Source: Ignavibacteriota bacterium
GTDB lineage: Bacteria; Bacteroidota; Ignavibacteria; UBA10030
NCBI GenBank assembly: GCA_963701295.1
Contig: OY969585.1
Location: forward strand, 1,792,001-1,856,000
Reading direction: 5' to 3'
DNA: 64,000 nt
In this document: piece by piece, positions 31,975 through 45,045 of the stretch
How positions within the stretch are numbered: position 1 is the first letter of the stretch
Layout: each line of letters starts with the position of its first letter
The notes under the pieces: generated by a model
The model's database searches: none
Seen by the model: only the letters and a program-made list of their open reading frames with translations
What the model was told of the DNA's origin: nothing
Translations under genes and position numbers: made by a program

Positions 31975-32028
31975 TTGACTTTTCTGTATTCATGTAGTAT
32001 ATTAGCACTCACAGTATTAGAGTGCTAA
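31975..32028 (+). promoter_or_regulatory. Sigma-70 promoter and CIRCE (HrcA operator)
   Basis: TTGACT-N17-TATATT; perfect TTAGCACTC-N9-GAGTGCTAA at 32002-32028. Confidence 0.95.
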
Positions 32029-32080
32029 TTCAATTTTTAGTCAACATATTCAAAATAACCAATAAAAGGAGGGCGTATTT

Positions 32081-32371
32081 ATGATGCTCAAACCATTGGC
32101 GGATCGCGTTGTTGTGAAACCGTCCAAAGCTGAAGAAAAGACCAAAGGCGGTATCATTGTTCCTGACACGGCAAAAGAAAAGCCGGTATGGGGTGAAGTG
32201 ATTGCTGCTGGACCGGGAAGAGTTTCCGACGACGGAAAACTCATCTCGATGGAAGTAAAGGTCGGCAATATGGTTCTGTACGGAAAGTATTCCGGGACTG
32301 AAGTCACATTTGAAGGCGAAGAGCTTTTGCTTATGCGCGAAAGCGACATCTTTGCGATAATGCCCAAGTAA
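32081..32371 (+). CDS. groES: Co-chaperonin GroES
   Basis: '[10 protein letters not shown]', '[13 protein letters not shown]'. Confidence 0.98.
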   Translation: MMLKPLADRVVVKPSKAEEKTKGGIIVPDTAKEKPVWGEVIAAGPGRVSDDGKLISMEVKVGNMVLYGKYSGTEVTFEGEELLLMRESDIFAIMPK

Positions 32372-34027
<1,656 letters not shown>

Positions 34028-34121
34028 AAAGCAGAAATCACGATCAGGAAACAAGAAGCAGTATAAAGATAGAAACTCCCTATTCTGATTAATGTTTCTG
34101 AACTTTTTGAAAGCATTTTAA

Positions 34122-34156
34122 GCGCCCCTCGACTGAAAGGTTTGAGGGGCGTTTTT
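34122..34156 (+). terminator. Intrinsic terminator of groESL
   Basis: CGCCCCTC...GAGGGGCG-TTTTT. Confidence 0.8.
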
Positions 34157-34377
34157 GTTCTTGACTCGTAATCTGAAAAATTGTATTATTTTACAAGAGA
34201 TAAAACGCCAGACTCATTCTTGATATCTCTTATTCGATTATGTTCCTTTTTTAAGATTGATTGAAGTTGTTTCGCTTTTCTGAGAAATCTATCAGAAGTG
34301 AAGCACGCAGTGCGTTTCGCTGTATCGATTCATCAATAATCCACTACATATCAATTTACTAATGAGGGAGTACTCCC

Positions 34378-34815
34378 ATGGATGCACTTTTCAGTAAAAT
34401 GCTCAAAGCAGGATCAACCACCTACTTCATGGATGTGAAGGAGGCGAAAAACAACAAAAAATATCTCACCGTCACAGCCAGTCAACCTGCAAAGGAAGGA
34501 GATAAAAAGTTTGCCAAACGCAGCGTGGTCGTTTTCAGTAGTGTTGCCGATGAATTTGTCAGCGCATTGAAAGAAGCAAACACCGTTATTAATGGCGAAG
34601 GTGAATTCACAAAGATGCTGAAATCCGGGAAGATCAACTACTTTGTAGACGTAAAAGAAGCGAAGAATAAAACACGGTACGTTTCCATTACTGAAAGCCA
34701 ACCTTCGAAAGAAGACCCGAAAAAGTTTGATAAACGCAGTATAACAGTATTCAATAATGCCGCCGACGATTTTGTCGGGGCATTAGAGGAGGCAGTGGGA
34801 CATTTGAAGCAATAA
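34378..34815 (+). CDS. PUR-repeat (DUF3276-like) nucleic-acid-binding protein with two tandem repeats
   Basis: Two copies of 'F.KMLK.G...YF.DVKEAKN...Y...T.SQP......F.KRS..VF...AD.FV.AL.EA'. Confidence 0.8.
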   Translation: MDALFSKMLKAGSTTYFMDVKEAKNNKKYLTVTASQPAKEGDKKFAKRSVVVFSSVADEFVSALKEANTVINGEGEFTKMLKSGKINYFVDVKEAKNKTRYVSITESQPSKEDPKKFDKRSITVFNNAADDFVGALEEAVGHLKQ

Positions 34816-35040
34816 ATAGTAAACAATGAAAAGTGAAATGGACTGCGCCGGGTACTGCGAAGTGCTTGGCGCAGTGCTATTAAGATGAGTATATCCCGTC
34901 TATCGATTTGCTATTCTTGTCTTTCCAACCAAAATCCAGTATCTTTTATCTACATGGGAGTCACAACATCTTGACTTGAGATCAGGTCAAGTTTTTTTTT
35001 CTATGGAGCGATCGGTGGAAATCGATCTGTTTCTTGCACA

Positions 35041-36421
35041 ATGAATCCATTGGAACTAAAACTAGAGGAATTTGTCCGGTTTCATCATCTTATCGCCCAG
35101 AAACAAACTGTTCTTTTGGCTGTAAGCGGCGGGATGGATTCGATGGTAATGCTGCATGTCATCTCACATCTTCGAGAACGATTCGATGTGCAGATTGCAC
35201 TTGTGCATGTGAATCACCAATTGCGCGGTGAAGAATCGATGGAAGATGAACGGTTTGTCCGGAAAATGTCAGCCTCTTATGGAATCTGCTTTTATGGTGA
35301 ACGATTGGATGTACTCTCCTATGCAGATGAGCATGGGCTTTCAAAACAAATCGCTGCCCGGCAGCTTCGCTATGCGTGTTTTGAACGAGTTCGTCAACAA
35401 GTAGGTGCGCAAGTCGTTGCGACCGCACATCACGCTGATGACAATGCTGAAACCGTTCTGCTCAATATTCTGCGCGGAACCGGTATCCATGGATTGGCAG
35501 GAATTCCCCTAAAACGCGAGATCGGACGTATCATTCGTCCGCTGCTTTTTGCAACTCGGAAAGAGATCGAGATGTATGCAATGGAAAACGGCATCAAGTA
35601 CCGAAATGACTCATCGAATATGTCACTTGCGTATCGACGAAACTTGCTACGTCACAGCATCCTTCCACCTTTGGTGAAACGTTTCCCCCATATTGTCGAA
35701 ACATTGAACATTGTTGCTGCTACCATGCGCGATGTAAGTGAAAAATTACACGCAATGGTAGATGAGGCGTTACGTTCTCTTTCCTATAAAGATTCTCAAG
35801 ATCGCTTGATGTTGGATGTGAAGAAACTTGAAAGGGAGCCGGACTTTTTATGGGACGAAATATTTGTGGAGCTTCTCCATCGTATGCATATTGAGCCAAC
35901 TGAAAAGAAAGTTGACGCGCTGCATAGACTCTGCACAATGCCTACGGGTCGGATTGTAGAATTGAGCGGTGAGTTTTCAGCATGCAGAGATCGACAGCAC
36001 ATCGTTTTTAAAAGAACGAACGAGGAGAGGTCGAACATTCGGTATGTCGAATTCGGCAGAATTTATGAATACCAAGGGTGCCAAATTTCTATCAGCAATC
36101 CTGAACCGGTGCCAGCGGTTTTATCAGATACACAAGAGGTGGAATATATCGATGCCGAGAGATTAGGTCGACAGCTTGTTTTGCGCCCGTGGCAGGCAGG
36201 CGATTGGTTCATTCCTCTCGGAATGACGACAAAAAAAAAGCTCAGCGATTTTTTCACTGATCAAAAAGTACCACGGTTTAAAAAAGGCGTCAATTCCCGT
36301 TCTGGAATCTGACGGAACTATTGTGTGGATTTGTGGCAAGCGGCTTGACAACCGATTCAAATTGACTGAACATACGCGGACGGCGATTCGGCTTACGTAT
36401 CAATCATCAACCCGAGCATAA
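35041..36421 (+). CDS. tilS: tRNA(Ile)-lysidine synthetase; frameshift in an A-run near 36285
   Basis: 'AVSGGMDS', 'ATAHHADD.AET', 'DSSN'; tail 'IPVLESDGTIVWICG' in another frame. Confidence 0.95.
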
Positions 36422-36422
36422 C

Positions 36423-36986
36423 ATGACGGAACTCTTGAGAATCAACGGCGACATGTTTGAACCATTCATCACGGAAAAACAAATCCGAAAACGAATCAAA
36501 GAACTTGCTGCCCGCATCAATGCCGATTATGCTGGAAGAGTACCGATTTTTATCGGTGTGCTCAATGGATCGTTCATCTTTCTTTCCGATCTCATCCGTG
36601 AAGTTACCGTTGATTGTGAGATTGATTTTTTTAAACTGTCCAGTTATGGGGATGCAAAAATTTCTTCAGGGCAGGTAACATTGCTGAAAGATCTGAATTG
36701 CCAGGTCTTCGGGCGTGACATCATTGTCGTTGAAGATATTGTTGATTCAGGGTTATCTATCACATTCATTAAGAAAATCATTGAGAAAGAGAACCCAAAA
36801 TCCCTGAAGTTTGTTTCATTGTTATTGAAAAAAGGTATTCCGAAGATCGATTTTCCGGTCGATTATATCGGATTTGAGATTCCGCCTGATTTCGTTATCG
36901 GCTATGGCTTGGACTACGCGCAAAAAGTTCGTAACTTGAAGTCGATTTATAGACTTACTCTGAAGGGAATTGCAAAAGCAGAGTAA
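36423..36986 (+). CDS. hpt: Hypoxanthine phosphoribosyltransferase
   Basis: 'VVEDIVDSG', 'FVIGYGLDY'; tilS-hpt-ftsH order. Confidence 0.96.
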   Translation: MTELLRINGDMFEPFITEKQIRKRIKELAARINADYAGRVPIFIGVLNGSFIFLSDLIREVTVDCEIDFFKLSSYGDAKISSGQVTLLKDLNCQVFGRDIIVVEDIVDSGLSITFIKKIIEKENPKSLKFVSLLLKKGIPKIDFPVDYIGFEIPPDFVIGYGLDYAQKVRNLKSIYRLTLKGIAKAE

Positions 36987-36988
36987 GT

Positions 36989-39131
36989 GTGTTATTGATT
37001 ATGGAGTTTGAAATGAGTAGTGATATACAAAACGAAAACAAGGATGAGAAGGAACGGAACGCATCTCAGAAAAAACGTTCGACGCCCCCTCGTTTCCCAA
37101 AACGACCGATGAAACAACCGCACGAAGAAGATTCGCCATGGGGAAAATTCGGCAAAGTCATTTTGAGTTGGATTGCTATTATTCTTGCGGTGTTCCTTTT
37201 TATGTGGGCGTTTCGCACAAATGAGGAAACGGAATATGAGGTAGGCTTTACGACCTTTCAACAGTTATTGAATGATCAAAAGTTTGGCGATGCAACGGTC
37301 AAGATCAACGGGTATTCAATTTTCGATTTCCATGGGAAATTGAAAGAACCGATGGACATCCAAACCGCCAATGGAAAGACGGCCCGCAATGCCACACGCG
37401 TGACACTAACGCTTCCCTATACCAGTCTAGACGAATCGCTCGTCAATTCATGGATGGCAAAAGGACTAAAATTTCGGGTTGAGAAAGAAGATAATACATG
37501 GTTGAATGCTGCGATCAGTATTCTCCCCTGGATTCTGCTTCTTGGGATTTGGTTATTCATCTTCCGGCGAATGCAAGGCGGCGGCGCAGGCGGCGGAGCC
37601 AAGGGATTATTCTCGTTTGGCAAAAGCCGCGCGAAATTGCTCACCGAAGGATTGATGCAAATAACATTTGCTGATGTTGCAGGCGCCGACGAAGCGAAAG
37701 TAGAGCTGCAGGAGGTCATCGAGTTTCTCCGGGAGCCGGGGAAGTTCCAACGGTTGGGTGGAAAAATCCCGAAGGGCGTATTATTGCTCGGACCGCCGGG
37801 TACTGGCAAGACCTTGATGGCGCGCGCAGTTGCTGGAGAAGCAGGTGTTCCGTTTTTCTCCATCAGCGGTGCGGACTTTGTGGAGATGTTTGTCGGTGTA
37901 GGTGCAAGTCGCGTTCGAGATTTGTTCGAGCAAGGGAAACGAAGCGCACCATGCATTATTTTCATCGATGAAATTGACGCAGTAGGTCGGCACCGCGGTG
38001 CCGGAATTGGCGGTGGTCATGACGAACGGGAGCAGACACTTAACCAATTGCTTGTGGAGATGGATGGCTTTGAACAAAACACAGGTGTCATTATTATTGC
38101 GGCGACGAACCGGCCAGATGTTCTCGATCCGGCGTTGCTCCGGCCAGGGCGATTTGATCGACAAGTAGTAGTGGACCGACCGGATGTGAGAGGGCGCGAA
38201 GGAATTTTCCGAGTGCACACAAAGAACATTCCGCTGAATGAGGATGTGCGATCTAGAGGTACTTGCAAAAGGAACTCCGGGTTTATCCGGCGCCGATATT
38301 GCCAATCTTGTGAATGAAGCCGCGCTTCTTGCCGCCCGGCAAAACAGCAAAGCGGTCGCCATGCATCACTTTGAAGAGGCAAAAGATAAGGTGATGATGG
38401 GAACGGAACGAAAAAGCATGATCATCTCCGACCGTGAAAAGAAAACAACATCGTATCATGAGTCGGGTCACGTGCTCGTGGCAAGATTTTTACCAGAAGC
38501 CGATCCAGTGCATAAAGTAACGATCATCCCGCGTGGGCGCGCACTCGGTGTGACAACGTATTTACCGATCGATGAGAAACATTCCTACTCGCGTGAGTAT
38601 CTCGAAGCAATGATCACCTATATGCTTGGTGGGCGCGCGGCAGAAAAGTTGGTCTTCAATCAATTCACCACTGGTGCAGGCAACGATATTGAACGTGCCA
38701 CAGAACTTGCACGAAAAATGGTATGCGAATGGGGTATGAGTGAAAAACTCGGTCCGATGTCTTACGGCGCAAAAGAAGAAGAACTCTTCCTCGGTCGAGA
38801 GATTACCAAGACTCGGAACTTCAGTGAGAACACTGCCGTTGCTATCGATGCTGAAGTACGTTTAATCGTTACCAGTGCCATGAAGCGTGCGGATAAGATA
38901 TTGAAGGATAATATCAAGGTGCTGCACAGGTTATCGAACGCCTTGCTTGAGCGAGAGATATTAGACTCGGAGGAAATCGACAAGATCATTCGCGGTGAAG
39001 AACTTCCACCTGTTGATAAACGTGCCAATGGTACACCGGAATCATCAGAAACACCGTCGGCAGCGATCCCATTGCAGCCGAAAGCGAGTGTACCTAAACG
39101 ACCGGCATCAAGTGAAGCGAAAAAAACGTAG
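36989..39131 (+). CDS. ftsH: ATP-dependent zinc metalloprotease FtsH; frameshift near 38248
   Basis: 'GPPGTGKT', 'FIDEIDAVG', 'RPGRFDR', 'HESGH'. Confidence 0.96.
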
Positions 39132-39159
39132 TGCTTCACGCTGACCATGGAGAGTATCT

Positions 39160-39837
39160 GTGCCGCACGGTAGCGACCTGAAGCATCTTGACGAGAACGC
39201 GACGATAAACTATCGATATGAGATCGTACGGAAGGGAATTCATCTTTTTTCTCTTTCCATCCCTACAATATATTTTTTTATCTCCAAACAATTAGCTCTC
39301 TGCCTGCTTCTGCCGATCACGGTCGCGTTCATTGGCGTTGATACGGCGCGATATTATATTCCGTTTGTCTCTCGATGGTTCTATCGATGGTTCGGCTGGC
39401 TTTTGCGGCGGCATGAAACCGATACAAATCGAAAACGATTGAATGGCGCCTCGAATGTGCTCATCTCAGCTTCCTTGTGTGTTCTCCTCTTTCCTAAAGT
39501 GATTGCATTAAATGCATTCACTATTCTTATTATCTCGGATACGACATCGGCACTCGTTGGGAGGCGGTTTGGCAAGCATCGGTTCCTTGCGAAAAGTCTT
39601 GAAGGGTCGCTTGCATTCTTTATCTCCGCCGTGATAGTGATTCTTATTGCGCCAAAAGTGAGCCGTCTTCCCGCGGAGTACATTATCGGTATCGTCGCTG
39701 CGGCAATAGGCGCTGTTATTGAAGCGCTTCCGATCAGGATCGATGACAATCTTTCGATTCCTCTCGCGGTAGGGTTTTCCCTTTGGTGGCTTTACATGCT
39801 GTTTCTACCTGCTCTTGATCTCACACTGCTGATGTAA
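39160..39837 (+). CDS. Dolichol/phytol kinase-like (CTP-transferase family) membrane protein
   Basis: 'RKGIH', 'D..SALVG..FG', 'KSLEGS', 'DDNL.IP'. Confidence 0.85.
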   Translation: MPHGSDLKHLDENATINYRYEIVRKGIHLFSLSIPTIYFFISKQLALCLLLPITVAFIGVDTARYYIPFVSRWFYRWFGWLLRRHETDTNRKRLNGASNVLISASLCVLLFPKVIALNAFTILIISDTTSALVGRRFGKHRFLAKSLEGSLAFFISAVIVILIAPKVSRLPAEYIIGIVAAAIGAVIEALPIRIDDNLSIPLAVGFSLWWLYMLFLPALDLTLLM

Positions 39838-40000
39838 TTTATTCTAATAGTTTTGTCTGAGCGGTGGATCGGATGTCTTTCCCGAGTCATCAAGATTGAA
39901 TTCTGAGCGCATTTCTAGATAAAAGGAGAGGCCTTTTCATGGCTTAAGATTTCTCTCAAGGAGGCATTCCATAAAAAGGCTTGGAGGGGGATATCTACTA

Positions 40001-42007
40001 CTACGCGGCTGCGGTTGTTTGACCTATATCAATACTCCTTAGGACTTTGGCGATCTGTTCGGGCGTTACCGGTTTATTCAAGATTGTGGTTACGCCGTAC
40101 TGCTTGAGCGCTTCGCGATTCGAATCTGAATCTTGTCCGGTGACTATAATTATGGGGATGTCGCTCGTTGCAGGATCTGCTTTAAGGCTGCGCACAAATT
40201 CCAAACCATCGAGATCAGGCATATCGTTATCGGAGATAATCATTTGCGGATGAAACTCGCGTGCAAGCTGTAATGCTTCTGCGCCATCTGCTGCATGCAG
40301 TACATTAGCATTGGGTAACACTCGCTTGATGTATCGAGTATGCAGCAGGCGTATTCCATGTTCGTCATCGACTACAAGAATGTTCTCACCTGCTTCAGGT
40401 TTGCTTTTCGGAAGCGTAATAAGAAAGAGTGTTCCGGTACCAGACGTGCTCTTCACTGAAATGTTGCCATGATGCTTCTGAACAATTTCATGTACGACGG
40501 GAAGGCCGAGGCCGGTTCCTTTTTCGCCTTGTAATCCTTTGCGCGTGTACTTCTCTTCAATTTTGAAAAGCTTATGCACATCATCTTCCGGAATGCCGAT
40601 GCCCGTATCGCGCACGCCGATGACCCAGTGATTACTTTGTTCCTCGATGAGATCTACCGTGACTGTTCCATTGGGTGGTGTGAACTTGAGCGAATTTCCC
40701 AGAAGATTTCCAAATACCTGGCCCAGCATATGTTTGTCACCATAGACCATCACTTTGGGCGGTAAGTTCGTCTGCAGTTTCACTTGTTTCTGAAGGGCAA
40801 GTCCCATCAGAGAATTCAAATTCTTCCGTACAATATCGTGCAGATCAAGTTCCACATGTTCCATCCGGATACGTCCTGATTCGAGACGCGACCAATCGAG
40901 CAGCTTATTCACGAGTGAGAGTTGGTCTTGTGCTGCTTCTTGTATATATGCCACAAATTGTAAGCGGTCTTCGGCTGTGAGCTGGTCGTTCTCTTTCAAC
41001 AAGATGTCGCAGAATCCCAGGATGCTGCTGAACGGAGAACGAAGGTCGTGTGATAAGATCGAGAAGAGCTTGTCTTTCTGTGCGTTCAAATCTGATAATG
41101 CGTTCTTTGATTTCTCCAGCGCCCAAACGTACTCCTGCAATTTCTTTTCCATTGCCTTGCGCGCGGTAATATCTTCCAACACGCCTTCGTAGCTGATCAC
41201 TTTTCCATCTTCATCCACTACCGTGCGGGCATTTTCCAGAACTGTGATGATTCTACCGTTCTTTCTCTTCAGGCTAATTTCCGTATTGACCACGTACCCT
41301 TTTTGATGCAGCGTTTCTGTCAATGCCTTGCGTTCTTCGGGATAGGCATATGTGTCGCGGGCAATGTCAAGGTCCGCAAGTTCATAGAAGTTGTTGTACC
41401 CAAGCAGCTTAAGCAATGCACGATTAGCGTTGATTAATTTTCCATTCGGACTGCTTTGGAACATCGGCATCACTGAGTTTGCAAATAAGCCGCGATATTT
41501 TGATTCGCTTTCGGTCAGAGCAGTGTGAGTAATTTTCTCGGCAGTAATATCACGGAATTGTGCAAGCATCAGCATTCGCCCATTATCCGATTCGACATAG
41601 GAATCGCACACTTCAACATCGAGGATTTGGTTGGTCCAGAGCACGAATCTTTTTTCATGCTGCAGTTCTGCCTCTCGATCCTTGAATCGTGATTCATACG
41701 CACGTGCTATCTTCTCACGGTTTTCCATGTCGGCATAGACACAGGTGAAGTGCTTGCCGATGAGTTCTTCAAACGTCATTCCCACAAGCCGGCAGTATGA
41801 CGGATTGACGGAGATGATCGTCCCTTTTTCATCTGTCAGTCTCATCCCTTCGTTCGAATTATCCCAGATGAAAGAAAGCACCTTTGCGGCGTTTTGCGGT
41901 CTATTCTCAGGGGATTTCTGCTTTTTTGCTACTCCTATCGATCTTGGTGTAATGGCTGCTGTCGGATTGAAAGGGATTATGTTGCCACTGATTGCTGCTA
42001 ATTCCAT
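40001..42007 (-). CDS. Cytoplasmic hybrid histidine kinase (PAS-PAS-HisKA-HATPase-REC)
   Basis: 'SHDLRSP', 'NLLGNSLKF', 'DTGIGI', 'GTGLGL', receiver 'VVDDE...SDNDMP'. Confidence 0.92.
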   Translation of the reverse strand: MELAAISGNIIPFNPTAAITPRSIGVAKKQKSPENRPQNAAKVLSFIWDNSNEGMRLTDEKGTIISVNPSYCRLVGMTFEELIGKHFTCVYADMENREKIARAYESRFKDREAELQHEKRFVLWTNQILDVEVCDSYVESDNGRMLMLAQFRDITAEKITHTALTESESKYRGLFANSVMPMFQSSPNGKLINANRALLKLLGYNNFYELADLDIARDTYAYPEERKALTETLHQKGYVVNTEISLKRKNGRIITVLENARTVVDEDGKVISYEGVLEDITARKAMEKKLQEYVWALEKSKNALSDLNAQKDKLFSILSHDLRSPFSSILGFCDILLKENDQLTAEDRLQFVAYIQEAAQDQLSLVNKLLDWSRLESGRIRMEHVELDLHDIVRKNLNSLMGLALQKQVKLQTNLPPKVMVYGDKHMLGQVFGNLLGNSLKFTPPNGTVTVDLIEEQSNHWVIGVRDTGIGIPEDDVHKLFKIEEKYTRKGLQGEKGTGLGLPVVHEIVQKHHGNISVKSTSGTGTLFLITLPKSKPEAGENILVVDDEHGIRLLHTRYIKRVLPNANVLHAADGAEALQLAREFHPQMIISDNDMPDLDGLEFVRSLKADPATSDIPIIIVTGQDSDSNREALKQYGVTTILNKPVTPEQIAKVLRSIDIGQTTAAA

Positions 42008-42492
42008 TATAACCTCCTGGAGACTTTCGTCTCACTCCTTTATTCTCTTCAGTATTGGCACAAGAGGGGTACCGTTAGGTTTATCGTCGATTTTCGAGCG
42101 GAATAGCAGTTTATATGCTTGAAATTCGTGCAGATTCTACAAAGAGATAGGGGATAAAAATGAGCTTAGAAAGGACCAAAGAACTGTCGACATACTTCGA
42201 TTGTGAACGAAGGAAAAATGGAAAGTAAATAAAAGAGGATGGATGGTGCGACCGCTCAAAGTATAAGACCGGGATTGTCTGACTTTAACTGATTTACTAT
42301 TACAGTGTTTCAGTCTAGTGTGATCAGGACTTGCTTGCCCGCCAGTTTTTTGGAGGGCGTTCTGACCGATACGACTGTTGAATGTCAGGAATCCCGCTTT
42401 GCTGGACCGACATCACTCACTTAATATTGGCGCACATTTCGGGGGATAACAAAACTAAAGTAGGTTCAATGCGCAAGATATCGGAAGCATTC

Positions 42493-43896
42493 CTAAGTCT
42501 TTATCTTATACTTTTCTGCAAGTCGATAAAGTGTTGCGCGTCCGATCTTTAATTTCATTGCAGCTTCTGCAATGTTGCCGTTTGCAATCTTGAGAGCATG
42601 CCGAATAGCGTTTTCTTTGAGTTTTTCTAATGGAGTAATCGTTTCTTGGCTCTCGAAGGAAAGGGAATGTTCTTTCGAGTCTGTCTCAGCATGTCCGTAG
42701 GATTGAATTGAGATAGGCAATTCTTTTTCCGTCAGTATCTGTCCGTCTGTTAAAACCATACCGCGCTGAATGACGTTTTCGAGCTCGCGCACATTGCCCG
42801 GCCAGGGATAATTGTAAAGCAAATCGAGAGCTTTATGCGAGAATCGAATCTTGGGCTTCCCAAGTTCCTCTCCAAGTTTCTTTAAAAAATAGTCGGCGAG
42901 CAAAAGGATGTCCGATTTTCGCTGGCGGAGTGGAGGAAGTATAATCGGAAATGATGAAATACGATAATACAGATCTTCTCTAAAATTCTTTTGTTTCACT
43001 TCTTCCCAGAGATTGCGATGAGTAGCGCAAATGAGTCGGGCATCAGTTTTGATTAATTCGCTGCCGCCGACCCGATCGAATTGTTTTTCCTGAATAACAC
43101 GAAGGATTTTTGCCTGCAGACTTAAATCCAATTCACCAATTTCGTCTAAGAAAATCGTGCCTCCGATTGCTTGCTCAAATTTTCCAATTCGCCGCTGAAC
43201 CGCACCGGTAAATGCACCTCGTTCATGGCCGAAGAGCTCGCTTTCCAGAAGGTCGTGAGGAATAGAAGCACAGTTCACGACCACAAAAGGGCCGCTTTGA
43301 CGGTTGCTGTTATAATGAATCGCACGTGCAATGAGCTCTTTGCCTGTTCCACTTTCCCCAAGAATGAGAACGCCAATATCGATCTGTTTCACTTTATTGA
43401 CGAGTTTGAACACTTCCTGCATTTCCCCGCTTTGTGAAACGATGTTGTCGAAATGCAAACGGGTCCCCACGCTTTCCCGTAAATCTTCCACTTCGCGGGA
43501 TAGGGATGCGAGCTTGAGAGAATTCTTTATTGCGATTTCTAGCCGTGGAAAATCTATGGGTTTGCTGAAATAATCTGCAGCACCAAGCTTCAGGGTTGTG
43601 ACCGCTAGTTCAATACTTCCTTGAGCTGAAAGAATAATGACAGGAATATTGGGATTACGCTGTTTGATTTCTTTTAACACATCAACGCCGTGGATGTCAG
43701 GAAGCATAAGATCCAACAAGACAAGATCCGGAAGTTCCGTCAGCTGATTGAGAAAAGATCTTCCGTCTGAAAATACTTTTGTCGTGTATCCCCACCGCTG
43801 ACCGACCCACATTTCAAGCAGCTTCGAAATAGTTATTTCATCATCGACAATATAGATTCGTTCTGTGCTCATTGCTGCCTCAGGTGGTGTTGGCAA
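42493..43896 (-). CDS. Sigma-54-dependent response regulator (REC-AAA+-HTH, NtrC/AtoC family)
   Basis: 'LLDLMLP', 'GESGTGKE', 'GAFTGA', 'WPGNVREL', Fis-type HTH. Confidence 0.95.
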   Translation of the reverse strand: MPTPPEAAMSTERIYIVDDEITISKLLEMWVGQRWGYTTKVFSDGRSFLNQLTELPDLVLLDLMLPDIHGVDVLKEIKQRNPNIPVIILSAQGSIELAVTTLKLGAADYFSKPIDFPRLEIAIKNSLKLASLSREVEDLRESVGTRLHFDNIVSQSGEMQEVFKLVNKVKQIDIGVLILGESGTGKELIARAIHYNSNRQSGPFVVVNCASIPHDLLESELFGHERGAFTGAVQRRIGKFEQAIGGTIFLDEIGELDLSLQAKILRVIQEKQFDRVGGSELIKTDARLICATHRNLWEEVKQKNFREDLYYRISSFPIILPPLRQRKSDILLLADYFLKKLGEELGKPKIRFSHKALDLLYNYPWPGNVRELENVIQRGMVLTDGQILTEKELPISIQSYGHAETDSKEHSLSFESQETITPLEKLKENAIRHALKIANGNIAEAAMKLKIGRATLYRLAEKYKIKT

Positions 43897-43920
43897 GAAA
43901 GAAACATTTCTGCTGAAGGA

Positions 43921-44748
43921 TTATGAAACAATGGGAATTCGGATGATAAAGGTTGATCCTTCTCCAACTTGACTTTGCACAGTGATGTCGCCGCCGTGTT
44001 GATCAATAATGTGCTTTGCGAGAGCCAGTCCAACTCCGGTACCATGTGTTTCTTCATTTGGGCGATAGAGTTTCCCAAATCGTTTGAACAAAAAGGGAAT
44101 GTCTTTTTCCGGAATTCCCGGACCATCGTCTTGCACCGAAATAAGTGCTTGTTTGTCGATTGCTTCTGCTTTGAGAGTGACAGAGCCTCCGGGTTTTGTA
44201 AACCGGATAGCATTGTGAAGCACTTGGAATAGAGCGTTTGCTATTTTATCAGAATCGCACTTTGAAATAATTGGATCCTTTGGCAGATCTTTGGAAATTG
44301 TGATGGATTTGCTCAACGCCGGTCCGATGATAAGTGCTATTGCGCGATATATGATTTTTTGAATTTCAGATTCTTCAAACAAGAAATGAGCACGTCCTTG
44401 TTCAAGAGCGTCAAGTTCGATAAGGTCACCCACAATTTTTGCAAGTCGTAGTCCTTCATTCCGGATGTAATGCGCGTATTCTGTGCGTTGTCTTTTGTCG
44501 ATCTGCTCGTTTTCTTCGAGCATTGCCGCAAATCCTATAATGGAAGTAAGCGGAGTGCGGAATTCATGAGAAATTTGTGTAACAATTCGGTTCTTCAATC
44601 GCTGGATGCCAAAGAGATCCATTTCAATAGTAGTACTATTTTCTGTTTCCATAGTTATTGCCCCTTGCCTCAAAGACATATTCATGTGATGAACTACGTC
44701 GTTATATTGTAAGTGAGGCAATCTATATGCCAGCATTGATTTTACCAT
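43921..44748 (-). CDS. Histidine kinase with no evident sensor domain
   Basis: 'SHEFRTPLTSI' near the N-terminus, 'NAIRFT', 'DDGPGI', 'GVGL'. Confidence 0.88.
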   Translation of the reverse strand: MVKSMLAYRLPHLQYNDVVHHMNMSLRQGAITMETENSTTIEMDLFGIQRLKNRIVTQISHEFRTPLTSIIGFAAMLEENEQIDKRQRTEYAHYIRNEGLRLAKIVGDLIELDALEQGRAHFLFEESEIQKIIYRAIALIIGPALSKSITISKDLPKDPIISKCDSDKIANALFQVLHNAIRFTKPGGSVTLKAEAIDKQALISVQDDGPGIPEKDIPFLFKRFGKLYRPNEETHGTGVGLALAKHIIDQHGGDITVQSQVGEGSTFIIRIPIVS

Positions 44749-44807
44749 GAAAACTGTGGAAATTGATTAAATACATGAGTATAGAATATCTCTCATTTTC
44801 TTTTGTT

Positions 44808-44899
44808 GTATCATTATGGTACGTAATACTTAAATAAAAGTCCAGATATTTATAATTATGTTTGTTTTATTGAAGAAAAGTGAATTCTCATTATGAGTC
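44808..44899. promoter_or_regulatory. Candidate enhancer (bEBP) sites
   Basis: GTATCA-TTA-TGGTAC (44808) and TTCTCA-TTA-TGAGTC (44885), upstream of a -24/-12 promoter. Confidence 0.45.
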
Positions 44900-44970
44900 A
44901 TAAATCCCGATAAAATACATATAATGGGACAAGCTGTGACGAAATTGCCAAAAAATAAGGGAATTTGCAC

Positions 44971-44985
44971 TGGCACGCAGATTGA
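44971..44985 (+). promoter_or_regulatory. Sigma-54-type promoter 1
   Basis: TGGCAC-GCAGA-TTGA, 60 bp before the first pilin-like gene. Confidence 0.7.
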
Positions 44986-45045
44986 GTAATCATAGTTAGA
45001 AGAAAAATAAATAATATTTAATCACTCAATTTAAAGGATACAGCA

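Noticed and set aside
35041-39131. tilS and ftsH as pseudogenes or programmed frameshifts
   Set aside because: Normally essential genes with single indels and otherwise intact sequence; a window-wide indel pattern points to sequencing error
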